Assembly (NCBI RefSeq): GCF_000142905.1
Contig: NW_013657638.1
Coordinates: 119,826-149,271, forward strand
From: Thecamonas trahens ATCC 50062
Lineage: Eukaryota; Protista; Apusomonadida
DNA: 29,446 nucleotides
Reading direction: 5' to 3'
Positions 18,916 through 29,446 of the stretch are shown piece by piece. How positions within the stretch are numbered: the stretch's first letter is position 1; each line of letters starts with the position of its first letter. A model generated the notes under the pieces. That model saw only the letters and a program-made list of their open reading frames with translations, made no database searches and was not told where the DNA came from. The position numbers were made by a program, and so were the translations under genes.

Positions 18916-21900
18916 ATGTCCCTCCCCCTCGTTGTGGTTGTCGTACTTGCGGCATGGCTGATAGGTGGTCCGCTGCCCGTGGCCCGCGGCGAAGGTTCGA
19001 GCCAGCTGGGAACCTCACAGCGGCTGCAGAGCCAGACAACCATGTACACCCACATCCGTAACGCAGGCGAGAGGATTCAGTGGTCAGGGTCGGGTAAGCT
19101 GAGCGTGCACTCGCCGGTGGACGACTCGCTTCTCGTGCAGCTCAACTCGGGCCAGCAGCATACCACGACCATGACGGGCCACTATCGGCTGGCGCTCTCG
19201 AACGACCAGACCGGCTCATGGGACATCGACACACGGACCTCGGGCGGCGCATCAATCAATGGTCGGCTGTGGTCCACCAACTGGCGGCTCAATGCAGGAT
19301 CGTTCTCGGGCGCCACAGATGCCTCGTTCTACTCGCCCTTTACCTCCACCCTTGGCGACAAGATTGTCGAGGCCCGGTTCGAGGGCCTCGCCGGCTACAT
19401 CTACTCGGTCTTTGCCACCACCGACGGCATTTTCACCAACTCGCCCACCTGGAAGTCAATCGGCAAGTCGGGCCACGGCGTCAATCCGGCGCTCGCCCTC
19501 TACCTCGCTCCGCCCGAGGCCATCACCGTCTCGGAGAACATTCCGTTTGTCACAGACACCGCCCTCGAGTACGTCTCGGCGACTTGCCACGACAATGTGC
19601 TGAGCTGCCAGGCCTCGACCCAGAACCTCGTCATTCCGCGCATTGTCTTTAGCACTGGCTCGACCGGCAAGTACTCGGTCATCTGTGACCTCAATGGTGA
19701 CGGTGGCTACGACTTTATTTCCGATTCGGACATTCGCCTCGACGGCATCTCAGCGATTGGCCAGAATGTCATTGTGTGGGACGGCCGCGACGGCGGAGGC
19801 AATCTGGTCAATCCAGGCAACTACTCTTGCAAGGTCTTTGTCTACGTTGCCCAAATCCACTTTCCGCTCGACGACGTCGAGACCGTGTATCCGGGCCTGC
19901 GCCTCTTCTCGATTGCCCCGGACGGTATCTCCAAGCTTGGGCTCTACATGTTCTGGGACGACTCGCTTGTCTCGTACACGCCGGTTCTCATGCCCAACGG
20001 CGAGTACTCGATCGACACGCCGCCCGACACCCTTGCTGGCATGTTTGCCGGCGACTACGCGGACCCTTTCAATCCCAACGTCAATTCCCGCGCATGGGGC
20101 AAGTTCCAGTCGGCGTCCAAGGGCAACAACGCGTACATCAACACTTTTTCCCTTGTCGAGCGCAACTCGTCCGACCCGTTTATCATCGAGATCCGGGACG
20201 CCACCTCGGTCAACTGTCCGTCCAACGCCTCGCTCTCGTTCTTCCCCGCCAACGTCACCGAGGGCGACTATGGCTCGACCTTTGTCACTGTCACCTACGC
20301 ATTCACCATCCCGCTCCCCGACGCCCTCACCCTTTCGCTCGTCACCATCGACGGGTCCGCCACCGGCGGCGGCGACGACTACGTCACCCCACCGGCCACT
20401 ATTGTCCTTCCCAAGCACTCGATGTGCGGCGACTTTACCCTTGAGGTCGTGGCTGACACCACGTCAGAGACCGATGAAGACTTTACGCTCAACATCGGCA
20501 TTGCCTCGGCGAGCTTCCCAACCTCGATTGTGGAGGGTGCGTCGACGGTAATCGTCATCTTCAACGACGACCCGCTCCCATCGATTGGCTTCTCTACAGC
20601 CTCGGTCTCGGTCGCCGAGGGCTTTTCCGGGACAACCACCGTCAGCCTTGACGTCATCATGCCGTGGGGCGTCTCATCGCCGGTCAACGTCGTCTTTACC
20701 ACCAATCCCAACACTGCCACTGCGCCGTCCGATTACATCGCTCGCATCAGCGAGTCGATTGTCATTCCGGCCGGCGCCACCTCGGGCACCATCACCGTCG
20801 ACATCGTCGGAGACAATCTCCGCGAGGACTCGCCGCCGGAGGAAGACTTTTCGGTCTATCTCGACTCGGCGTCGGGACTCACGTTTGACACTCGCACGGC
20901 CGTTGTTACTATCGTTGACGACGACCCAACCGACCCGGGCATCTCTACTGCGCTCCTCGCCTCGTCGTCGACATCCGAGACGGGGACCTCAACCAGGGTC
21001 TCTGTCGTCCTCGACGCCCCGCCGCTCGGTGAAGTCCACATCCCAATCTCGATTGCCACCAACACCGACGAGGCCTTTGTCCTCCCGCACTGGCTCACCT
21101 TTGGCTACGGCAACTGGTCCACACCGCAGACGGTGACCCTTACTGGCATTGACGACGCCATCGACGACGGCGACGTATCTTACACCCTCGCCGTGGGTTC
21201 GGCCGGCTCCCCGGCCACCTCATCGTCTGACCCGTCGTACTTGGGAGCCGTCGCGCCTGCTCTGCCTCCTTTACCAACGTCGACGACGACACAGCCGCAA
21301 TTGTCGTCTCGGCTCTCAATCCGGGCACCGGCACCACGGAAGAGACCGGCCCTGCCAGCACGGCAGAGTTCACCGTCGTCCTCGCCACCGAACCGACGGC
21401 CACCGTCACCGTCCCATTTGCCTCGTCCGACACCGGCGCCGCCACCGTTCCGGCCTCCATCGCCTTTACCACCGGTGACTGGAGCGTGCCGCAGACCGTG
21501 ACCATCACTGGTGTGGCCGAAAACGTTGACGACGGCGACACGCCGTACACCATCAGCGTCAACGCCGCGACGTCTGCCGACGCAGTGTACAACTCGCTCG
21601 CTGCGAGTACCACCTCGTTCAGCCTCACCCATCTCGACGACGACACCGCCGGCATTTCGGTCTCGGCGCTCTCGACGTCTTCGACGCTCGAGTCTAACCC
21701 GGGCGCCACCGCTGTCTTTGACATTGTCCTCACTTCAGAGCCGGCAGCCAACGTCGAGATCACCGTCGCGTCGAGTGATGTGACCGAGGGCACGCTCTCG
21801 GCCGTTCGCGCGCTTGCGCCGCTCGTCTTTACGCCGGGCAACTGGAACACGCCCGTGACGGTGACCGTGGCCGGCGTCAACGACGACTTTGATGACGGCA

Positions 21901-24900
21901 ACATCGCTTACTCCGTCACACTCTCGGCCGCCACCTCGGCGGATGGCACGTACTCGGGCATGGTGCCGTCGGTGACCTCGCAGGCGCTGACTAATGTCGA
22001 CGACGACACGGCAGGCCTCGTTCTCTCGGCGCTGGTGCCGGGCCCGTCGATTGACGAAGCCACAACCTCGGCCACCGAGTTTACCGCGGTTCTCACCGCG
22101 TCGCCGCTGACTGGGCACACGGCGACGTTTGCCCTGGCTTCGAGCGACGTGACCGAAGGCACGCTCTCGGGAGCTTCGCTCGTCTTTACCCCGGCCAACT
22201 GGGCCGTGGTCCAGACCGTCACAGTCACCGCGGTCAATGACGACATCGACGACGGCAACGTCGGCTTTTTGGTCTCGATCGGGTCGGGCACGTCAGGCGA
22301 CCCGGCTTACTCGGGCCTTGCGCCGCCGTTTGGCTCGTACGCGCTCACCAACGTCGACGATGACACCGCCGGTCTCATCCTCTCAGCACCGTCAGGCAAT
22401 ACCGCCGAGACGGGCACAAGCGCTACGCTTGACCTGCGGCTCGCGTCCGAGCCGACGGCCGACGTCGTCCTCGATGTCACCTCGCTCGACACGAGCGAAG
22501 GCACAATCACCTCACCCTCGCCCGTCACCTTTACCTCGGGCAACTGGAATGTGGTCCAGACCGTGACGGTCCAGGGTGTCGACGACGCCGCGATCGACGG
22601 CGCCACTACCTACTCGGTCCGCGCCGCAGTCAGCTCGTCGGCCGATGCTGTGTATGCCGCCAAGCCGGCCTCCTCACGCTCGCTGGTCAACCTCGACGAC
22701 GAGGCGTCGGCATCAGTTATCTCGTCATCGATCTCGAACGATCTCGACGAGGCGCTCGCCCCGGGCCACACCGCCACCTTTACGCTGCAGCTCTCGGCCA
22801 TGCCGACTGCCCCTGTCTCGATTGGTGTGAGCTCATCCGACACAACCGAGGGGACAGTAACCTCGGTCTCGCCGGTCACTTTCACGAGCGTCACCTGGAG
22901 CACGCCGCAGACCGTGACGCTCACCGTTGCCGACGACGACGACGACGACGGCGACGTGGCGTTCAGTGTGGTCATTGCCGACACGACGTCGGCCGACGCG
23001 ACGTGGGACGGGCTAACCACAACCGATGTCGACGTGACAACGCTCGACGACGAGACTGCGGCGTTGGTGCTCTCAGCGCCGACACCGGCGTCGGCAGAAA
23101 CCGACGAGGCGCTGTCGGACGTGACGTTCACGGTCGTCCTCGCCGCCCGTCCGGCGTCAGATGTTACAGTTCCGGTGGTCTCCAGTGCGCCCTCGCAGGC
23201 GGCAGTCACCTCGCCGGCCTCGCTCACCTTTACCTCGGCCAACTGGAACGTAGTCCAAACGGTGACGGTGACCGGCCAGCCCGATGACATCGACGACGGC
23301 AATGCAGCGGTGACGATCACCTGCGGTCCGTCGACCGGCGGCTTTGTCGGCCTCAGCGCCACCATGCCGATCGTCAACGTCGACGACGACACCGCCGGCT
23401 TTGTGATCTCGTCGCCGTCGTCGCTTACCGTGGCCGAGTCTGGTACAACCTCGACCTTTACCGCTGTCCTCACCTCACAGCCTGTGGCTGGTAGCGTGAC
23501 GCTCCCAGTTGCACTGGCCGCGACCGACGAGGCAAGCGTGACGCCGGCCTCGCTCGTCTTTACCACCGGCAACTGGGCGACGCCGCAGACGGTGACGGTG
23601 ACCGGCGTCGATGACGATGTCGACGACGGAGACGTGACGTTCAACGTGGTGGTTGGCCCGTCGTCGGCGGCGTCCGACCCCAAGTACAACGGCCAGGCCG
23701 TACCCGGAGGCACGGTGGCGCTGACATGCGTCGACGACGATACTGCCGGCTTTAGCGTCTCGGCGGCGTCGGGGCCGATTCCGGAGGCCGGCCCGGGCAC
23801 CGCCACCTTTACGGTTGTCCTCACCTCGCAGCCGCTGGCGGACGTGACGCTGAGCGCGTCGTCGTCGTCGCCGGCGACGGGCGGGAGTGTGACGAGCGGC
23901 GCGTCGCTTGTCTTTACCACCGCCAACTGGGCAACGCCGCAAACCGTGACCGTGACCGGCGTTGACGACGACGTCGACGACGGTGACGAGGCGTTCTCGA
24001 TCAACTTTGCAGCCGCAGTCGCCGCCGACGGCGGGCCAGGTCCGCAGCTGTACAATGGGCGGGTAGTGCCGTCAGTGGCCATGGTCACCGCCGACGACGA
24101 CACCGCCGGCGTTCTGGTCTCGACGCCGACCAATGGCGGGCTTGTGGCTGAAAACGGCGGCTCGCCGACGCAAGCCGAGTTTACGGTGGTCCTCACATCG
24201 CAGCCGGTCGGCTCGGTGACGCTCACGGGCCTCACCTCTTCTGACACGTCTGAGGGCACGGTAGGCGTCGCCTCACTGGTGTTCACCACCGGCAACTGGG
24301 CGACGGCGCAGACGGTGACGGTGACCGGTGTCGACGACGATGTCGACGACGGCGACGTGGCGTTTTCGGTCTCGTTTTCGGGCATGAGCTCGAGCGACGC
24401 CAAGTACGCAGCGCTTGTGGCGCCGTCGATCGGGTTGACCAACGTCGATGACGATACGGCAGCGATTGTGGTTGTGGGCCCGCAGCCGAGGCTTGTGACA
24501 TCCGAAGCCGGGCTCTCGGACACGCTGACGATTGTGCTGGGCTCGCGTCCTGCGGCCGGCTCGATGTTTGTGCCGCTCTCTGTGAGCGACCCGATCGAGG
24601 CGAGCGTGACACCGACGGCCGTCACGTTTACGTCGGCCAACTGGGCAATGCCGCAGACGGTGACGGTGACCGGCAAGAACGATTTGCTTGACGACGGCGA
24701 CAAGAACTACGGGCTGGTGTTTGAGCCTGCGGTCTCTACCGGTGCCGACTACGCCGGACGGGTCCCGGCCAACGCCACTTGGCCGGCGTTCAACATTGCA
24801 GTCTCTGCGGCGCAGTTTATTGTGGTTGGCCCGACAGGTCCCACCTCAGAGCTGCCATCTGGGACGACATTCACGGTTGCACTCGGCTCTGCGCCGATTG

Positions 24901-27900
24901 CAGACGTGCGGGTGCCGCTTACATCGAGCGATGTGAGCGAGGGCGTGATTGTGGTACCAGCGGCAAGCGAGCTCAACTTTACGGCGACCAACTGGGCCGT
25001 GCCGCAGGTGGTGACGGTCATGGGCGTGACCGACACGCTCGACGACGGTACGATCGACTACGAGATTGTGATGGGGCCTGCGGTGACGACCTCGCTCGAC
25101 TTTTCGGGCTACTCGCAGTCTGTGGCGCTGCAAAACCTCGACTCGCTGCCGCAGATCAACACGACCGTGCTGGGTGAGGCGGTGACGACCGAGGCCGGCG
25201 GGACGGTGGTGTTTGTGGTGACGCTGCTTGTGGCGCCGCCACAGGACGTGGTGATGGGGGTGACGAGCTCTGATCCGGGTGAGGGTGTGCCTGTTGGCGC
25301 GGCGCAGCTTGTGTTTGAGTCCGACACGTGGTTCGTTCCTCAGACGGTGACGTTCCAGGGCGTGCCGGACGGTGTTGCGGACGGCGACACTGCCTACTCG
25401 GCGGTTCTCCTCCCGCCGTCACAAGGCTCTGCCGAGTGGATGGCGTTTGACCCGCCGGACGTGGCGCTGGTCAACCGCGACATCTCGGTGGTGACGGTGA
25501 CCGAGGTCTCGCCCGGGGTTGCACCTGCGCTCGGCGGGACGAGCCACACGGTGACGGGAAGCAACTTTTTCCCGGATGCGGTGGTCGGCGTGGGCCTGTG
25601 GTACGTTCCGGTGGAGAACACGACGTTCATTTCGTCGACGCAGCTTGCGATTGTGGCGCCCGCGCAGAACGTGTCTGTCCTCCCGTTCAAGGCGACTGTG
25701 AACGTGACAAACAGCGACGGCGGGTTCGGAGCCAAGGCCGAGGCGCTCGAGTTTACCAACGACTGCCCGTTTGAGGGCATGTTTGGGTCGGGGACCGACT
25801 GCGTTCCGTGCCCGTCGTGCGGGTACTGCCCAGGCGGCGGGCGGCGGATTTGTGCGCTAGAGGGGTGCTGGAACACAGGCATCGACTCTGGCGGCGCATG
25901 GCCGTGCGATCCGCCCGAGCGGTGCCTCGGCGGCGGGCGCGAGGCACCATGCCTCCCGGTGTGTGCGGAGGGGTATGCCGGTGACTTTTGCGCGAGCTGT
26001 GCGCCCGGGTTCTACGCGCTTGGTGACGATTGCCTCCCGTGCGAGTCTGGGGCCGAGTCGTTCCCGTTTGCGGTCGTCCTCACGTACTTTGCGTTTCTTT
26101 CGCTCCTGGCGATCATCTCGTTCTTTGGCTCGTCGCGGGCGGTGCATCTTGTGGGCTTTTTCCTCCTCATGCTCCAGTGGCTCATGGCGGTGGGCACGAT
26201 GGCGCCGAAGCGGACGCCTGCCATGCTCAAGATTGTATATCTGCAGTTTGGCGTTGCGTCGTTCTCTGTGGAGCTGCTCAAGCCCGGGTGCCTTGTAGAG
26301 TCGTCGTCGTTTCCGCTGGTGTTCTACTCGACACTCAGCCTGTTCTGCTTTATGGGCCTTGTGATTGTGGTCGGTGTGAGCGGTTCGTCGTTGTGGCAGA
26401 CCAAGGTTCGGCGCAAGAGCTGGGCCGATGAGGTCCGCGCCGAATTCTGGAAGCGGCTGGGACGATCGCTCACCATCTTGCTCTCTGTCGGCTACTTTGC
26501 GCTGACGACGATGGCGCTGCGTGTGGTGCACTGCGTGGAGACGCCGTTTGGCAGCTACATGCAGTCAGACGCGTCGGTCAAGTGCTACGATTCGACGCAC
26601 TCAACGATGATGATTGTAGCGATTGTGGTGCTTGTCCTCGTCACGATGGGCTTTCTGCTCATTGCCTTTGTGCGACAGTACAGGCACCACCGCAAGCAGC
26701 AGCTGGCGTTTGCGCTTGCGGAGATTCAGGCAGCGCAGTTCAACAACATGCTCAACGACGAGGCTGCGGCGGCGGAGGAGGCCGCAGTGGCGCGCAAGTA
26801 CCTCGACGAGGAGCGGTGGTGGTTTGCGTTTGCGTGGCTCTCGTCGATGCTTGCGCTTGCGGTGGCGTCGACGATTCTGACCGAGTACCCGGTGTGGCAG
26901 TTTGTGCTGTGCGCGGTGGTGTTTGTGGCTATGATGGTGATGGCGCTTGGTGCGCAGCCGTTCCTCGCGCATTGGCGGAATAAGGCAGCGGCCGTTTTCG
27001 CCGGCTTTTGTCTCCTCTGCGCCGCATTTAATCTCATGGCGTCAACCGAGTCGAGCGTGGAGACGTCGCTGTTGGAGAACGTGTCGTACGGGCTCCTCGC
27101 GCTGCTCTTTGCCATCCTTGTATTTTTCGCGGTCCTTGTCTTTCGGTCGGTCCGGCGCAACTTGTACTATAAGATCAAGGACGCCGGTGAGGAGGGCGTG
27201 CTGGCAGACGAAGACGGACGCGAGGCCGTTGATCTGGACCGGCTGTTTACGGTCGACAAGCCAAGCGCGAGGAGCGGGGCTGCGGCAGGAGGCGCCGCTG
27301 CTGGCGGTATCGGCGGCGGGCTGCAACACGACTCGCCGTCGGTGGCTAACCCGAAGGGGCTGGCGCTGAGCAACCAGCTGTTCAACGACGCTTTTGGCAA
27401 GAGCACGACGCCCGCGGCGACGCCGGCGCCGCCGCCGATGGAGCGGGCGGTGTCGACGCCTGGCGGCATCGGTCGCGACGGGGCCGGAGTCGGTGACGCC
27501 GAGAGCACCAAGCCGGCGACAGCGGCAACAGCGGTGACGGCAGATGGTGACGTGGCTAGGCCGGCGCGACAGGGCTCTAGGCGGCGACAGCCGCTGTCGG
27601 CGCGGACGCCGGCGACGGTGACGCCGAACGCGGGGGCGGCTGTGGTCCCACGGTTCACGAACCGGCAGGTGGCGACGCACGGGCGGCAAGAGTCGACAAC
27701 GTCGCACGGGTCGGGCGGAAGCAGCGGGCAGCGGATGCGGCGGTCACGATCGCGGTCGCGGCACGGCTCGCGCAAACGGTCGCGGTCTGCGTCTGGGACG
27801 CGAACATCGCTCCGGTCAGGCTCGCGCGGTGGGCTGATCAAGAGCTCTGTGGTCTCGGGCTCGACATCGCTTGGCAGCGACGACGACGACGACGACGACG

Positions 27901-28043
27901 AGTCGTCGTCCGAGGTCGAGCTCGATGTGCTGCGTGGGCACCGGCCCGGGCAAGTCAGCCTCGGCGGCCCGAGCCGGATCCGGAAGCGTGTGAGTGTCGG
28001 CGAAGCCGGGCGGGCCGAGTCGCGGCGGATGTCGATCCACTGA
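18916..28043 (+). CDS. Giant surface protein B (~3042 aa): signal peptide, bacterial-like N-domain with FlgD-type Ig motif, 2 Calx-beta domains, 13 acidic ~115-120 aa Ig/Calx-like repeats, IPT/TIG, Cys-rich module, ~9 TM segments, RS-rich tail; one frameshift at ~21231-21275
   Basis: 'WDGRDGGGNLVNPGNY'; Calx-beta 'VTEGD...TIDGSATGGGDDY...DTTSETDEDF'; 13 copies of 'FT..NW..PQTVTVTGVDD..DDGD'; 'VTEVSPGVAPALGGTSHTVTGSNF'; 'CAEGYAGDFCASCAPGFY'. The downstream frame reads SFTNVDDDTAAIVV...GDWSVPQTV, completing repeat 2 and continuing into ORF 21486..28043. Confidence 0.88.
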
Positions 28044-28103
28044 CAGAACAGAGATAAAGCGCCGTGTTGTGCAATGGCAGGTCGTTTACAATCTCGCAAG
28101 AGA

Positions 28104-29128
28104 TCAGCCCGAGTCCGAGGCCGAGGCGCCCGAGCCCGAGTCTGAGGCCGAGTTCTCGTCGTCGGACGAGGAGGAGGAGACGTAGGTGTAGGAGGAGGAG
28201 GAGGAGGAGGAGATGTCGTCCGGGTTGGGAGCTTCGACACGCGACTTGTACGCGTCGGGCAGTGAGTTGTGCCAAATGAGGGCCTTCTTGGGCTTTGAGC
28301 GCTTGTACGAGTTGAAGGCGCGCTCAAAGTTAAAGTCGGTGACGTGGTTCTGGGTGACGGAGATGGTAAAGTCGAGGTTGAGGACGACGTGCCACCAGCC
28401 TGCGGGGACAAAGATGATCTCACCCGGGCCCTGGACGCACTCAATCATGCCGAGCTCGTCGGCGCGGTCGACAAGGCGCGGATAAACCGAGTGGAACCAG
28501 TAGATGCCCGAGTCGGGCTCGCCCTTCTTGGGCTTGACAATAGAGCCCTTGATGTGGGGCGGGAACATGCACCAGCGCTTGTGGCCCTGGATGAGAGCGT
28601 TCCAGGCTGAGGTCATGTGCGGGTCCTGGTGGATGCCTGTGCCGGAGCGGACAGGGCCCATGAGGACCCAGCGGTAATAGGGGCGCGGGTCGTCGTCCAT
28701 GCAGCTTTGCAAGTCCATGTCCTCAGGAGTAAAGTACTTGGGGATGGAGAACTCCTTGAGAAGCTTGGGGAACTTGGTGGCGTACTGCGGCTCAAAGATG
28801 TACAGCGGCGAGTCGTCAGTGTTGGTGTCGCAGTAGCGGAGGTACTGCTCGTACGTCATGTACGTGTGGTTGTACGAGCCGACGTCAAAGCGTGACGAGC
28901 CGAAGCGCTTGGAGAACTTGGCGCGGTTCCACTTGCGCATAGCCTTCCAGTCGTCGGTAGCCCCGATGAGGAGGCACGGCATCTCGCCGGCGTCATACCC
29001 GGCCACAAAAGCCTTGGTATCGGTGGTCTTGTAGTCGACCCGCGGGACCGAGTCAGCGTCGGTGCCAAAGGTGGCGAGGATGTCGAGCTTGGCGTATCCG
29101 TGCTTCGACCAGTCGTCCTCCTCAAAGT
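28104..29128 (-). CDS. JMJD6: JmjC-domain dioxygenase, JMJD6 ortholog (last exon; first exon outside the window)
   Basis: 'RPYYRWVLMGPVRSGTGIHQDPHMTSAWNALIQGHKRWCMFPP', 'DDSPLYIF', 'QGPGEIIFVPAGWWHVVLNLDFTISVTQN' with HxD...H iron ligands and a C-terminal poly-Ser. The frame stays open upstream (DWSKHGY...VPRVDY) to an acceptor 'ctcacttatctgcgcag|' at 29129. Confidence 0.92.
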
Positions 29129-29265
29129 CTGCGCAGATAAGTGAGTGTGTGTGTGAGTCAAGTTCGAGAGTTGCGACGACTGAATGATGGCAGGCACAGG
29201 GGTGTGTTGGAGACAGCCCGGGGCACGGACCAAGCCAGTGGTGTTGTCAGCGACCGAGTCAGGGA

Positions 29266-29395
29266 GGCAGCCACAGCGAGAGAGACAGCCACAGCCACAG
29301 CCACAGCGAGAGAGACAGCCACAGCCACAGCCACAGCGGGAGACACAGCCACAGCCACAGCCACAGCGAGAGACACAGCCACAGCGGGAGACACA
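29266..29395. repeat. Compound ~30-bp tandem repeat built from (CAGCCA)n CAGCG(A/G)GAGA(G/C)A
   Basis: acagccacagccacagccacagcgagagag repeated 3-4 times. Confidence 0.9.
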
Positions 29396-29407
29396 TACAG
29401 TCACGCA

Positions 29408-29446
29408 CCCTCCCCTCCCCTCCCCTCCCCTCCCCTCCCCCTCCCC
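29408..29446. repeat. (CCCCT)n pentanucleotide repeat
   Basis: About 8 units running to the window end. Confidence 0.95.

Larger units (their letters stand above)
29129..29446 (-). other. 3' part of a spliceosomal intron of JMJD6 (donor probably beyond the window end)
   Basis: CAG acceptor, CTCAC branch-like motif, CA tract and simple repeats. The exon lacks the ~20 N-terminal JMJD6 residues. Confidence 0.7.

Noticed and set aside
18449-18961. ORFs with (TH)n/(CV)n runs
   Set aside because: Translations of the CA microsatellite.
13891-28043. Calling the two surface proteins classical 7-TM adhesion GPCRs or cadherins
   Set aside because: About 9 hydrophobic segments, no GPS/GAIN motif and no cadherin DxD/DxNDN motifs were seen.
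5411-28043. Pseudogene status for the four frameshifted genes
   Set aside because: Each has a single lesion in otherwise intact reading frames with conserved motifs.
29408-29446. Telomere at window end
   Set aside because: CCCCT is not a typical telomeric unit, the C-rich strand has the wrong orientation for a right end, and JMJD6 needs an upstream exon beyond it.

Overview
GC-rich, gene-dense, intron-poor eukaryotic nuclear DNA. The style suggests a free-living protist such as the apusomonad Thecamonas, but this is inference only. There is one assembly gap (1766-2058). Nine genes are supported: a Med28-like small protein (+), an RNI-type LRR protein (-), a TPR protein (+), an Ala-rich helical hypothetical protein (-), a ~2340-aa scaffold (17 DPYGLS repeats, FxPxIN/ERLY repeats, AIR9-like Ig domain, C-terminal RGS-homology domain) (-), a DUF1445/D-glutamate-cyclase-like protein (-), a head-to-head pair of giant surface proteins, and the last exon of a JMJD6 ortholog (-). 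The two surface proteins share a TIG + Cys-rich + ~9-TM membrane module but carry different, bacterial-adhesin-like ectodomains: a beta-helix in one, FlgD-Ig/Calx-beta plus 13 acidic Ig-like repeats in the other. Four consecutive genes are each split by exactly one apparent missing nucleotide. The most likely cause is homopolymer under-calls in the assembly, but insertional editing or recoding is testable. Domain calls come from recognising motifs by eye; no searches were run.
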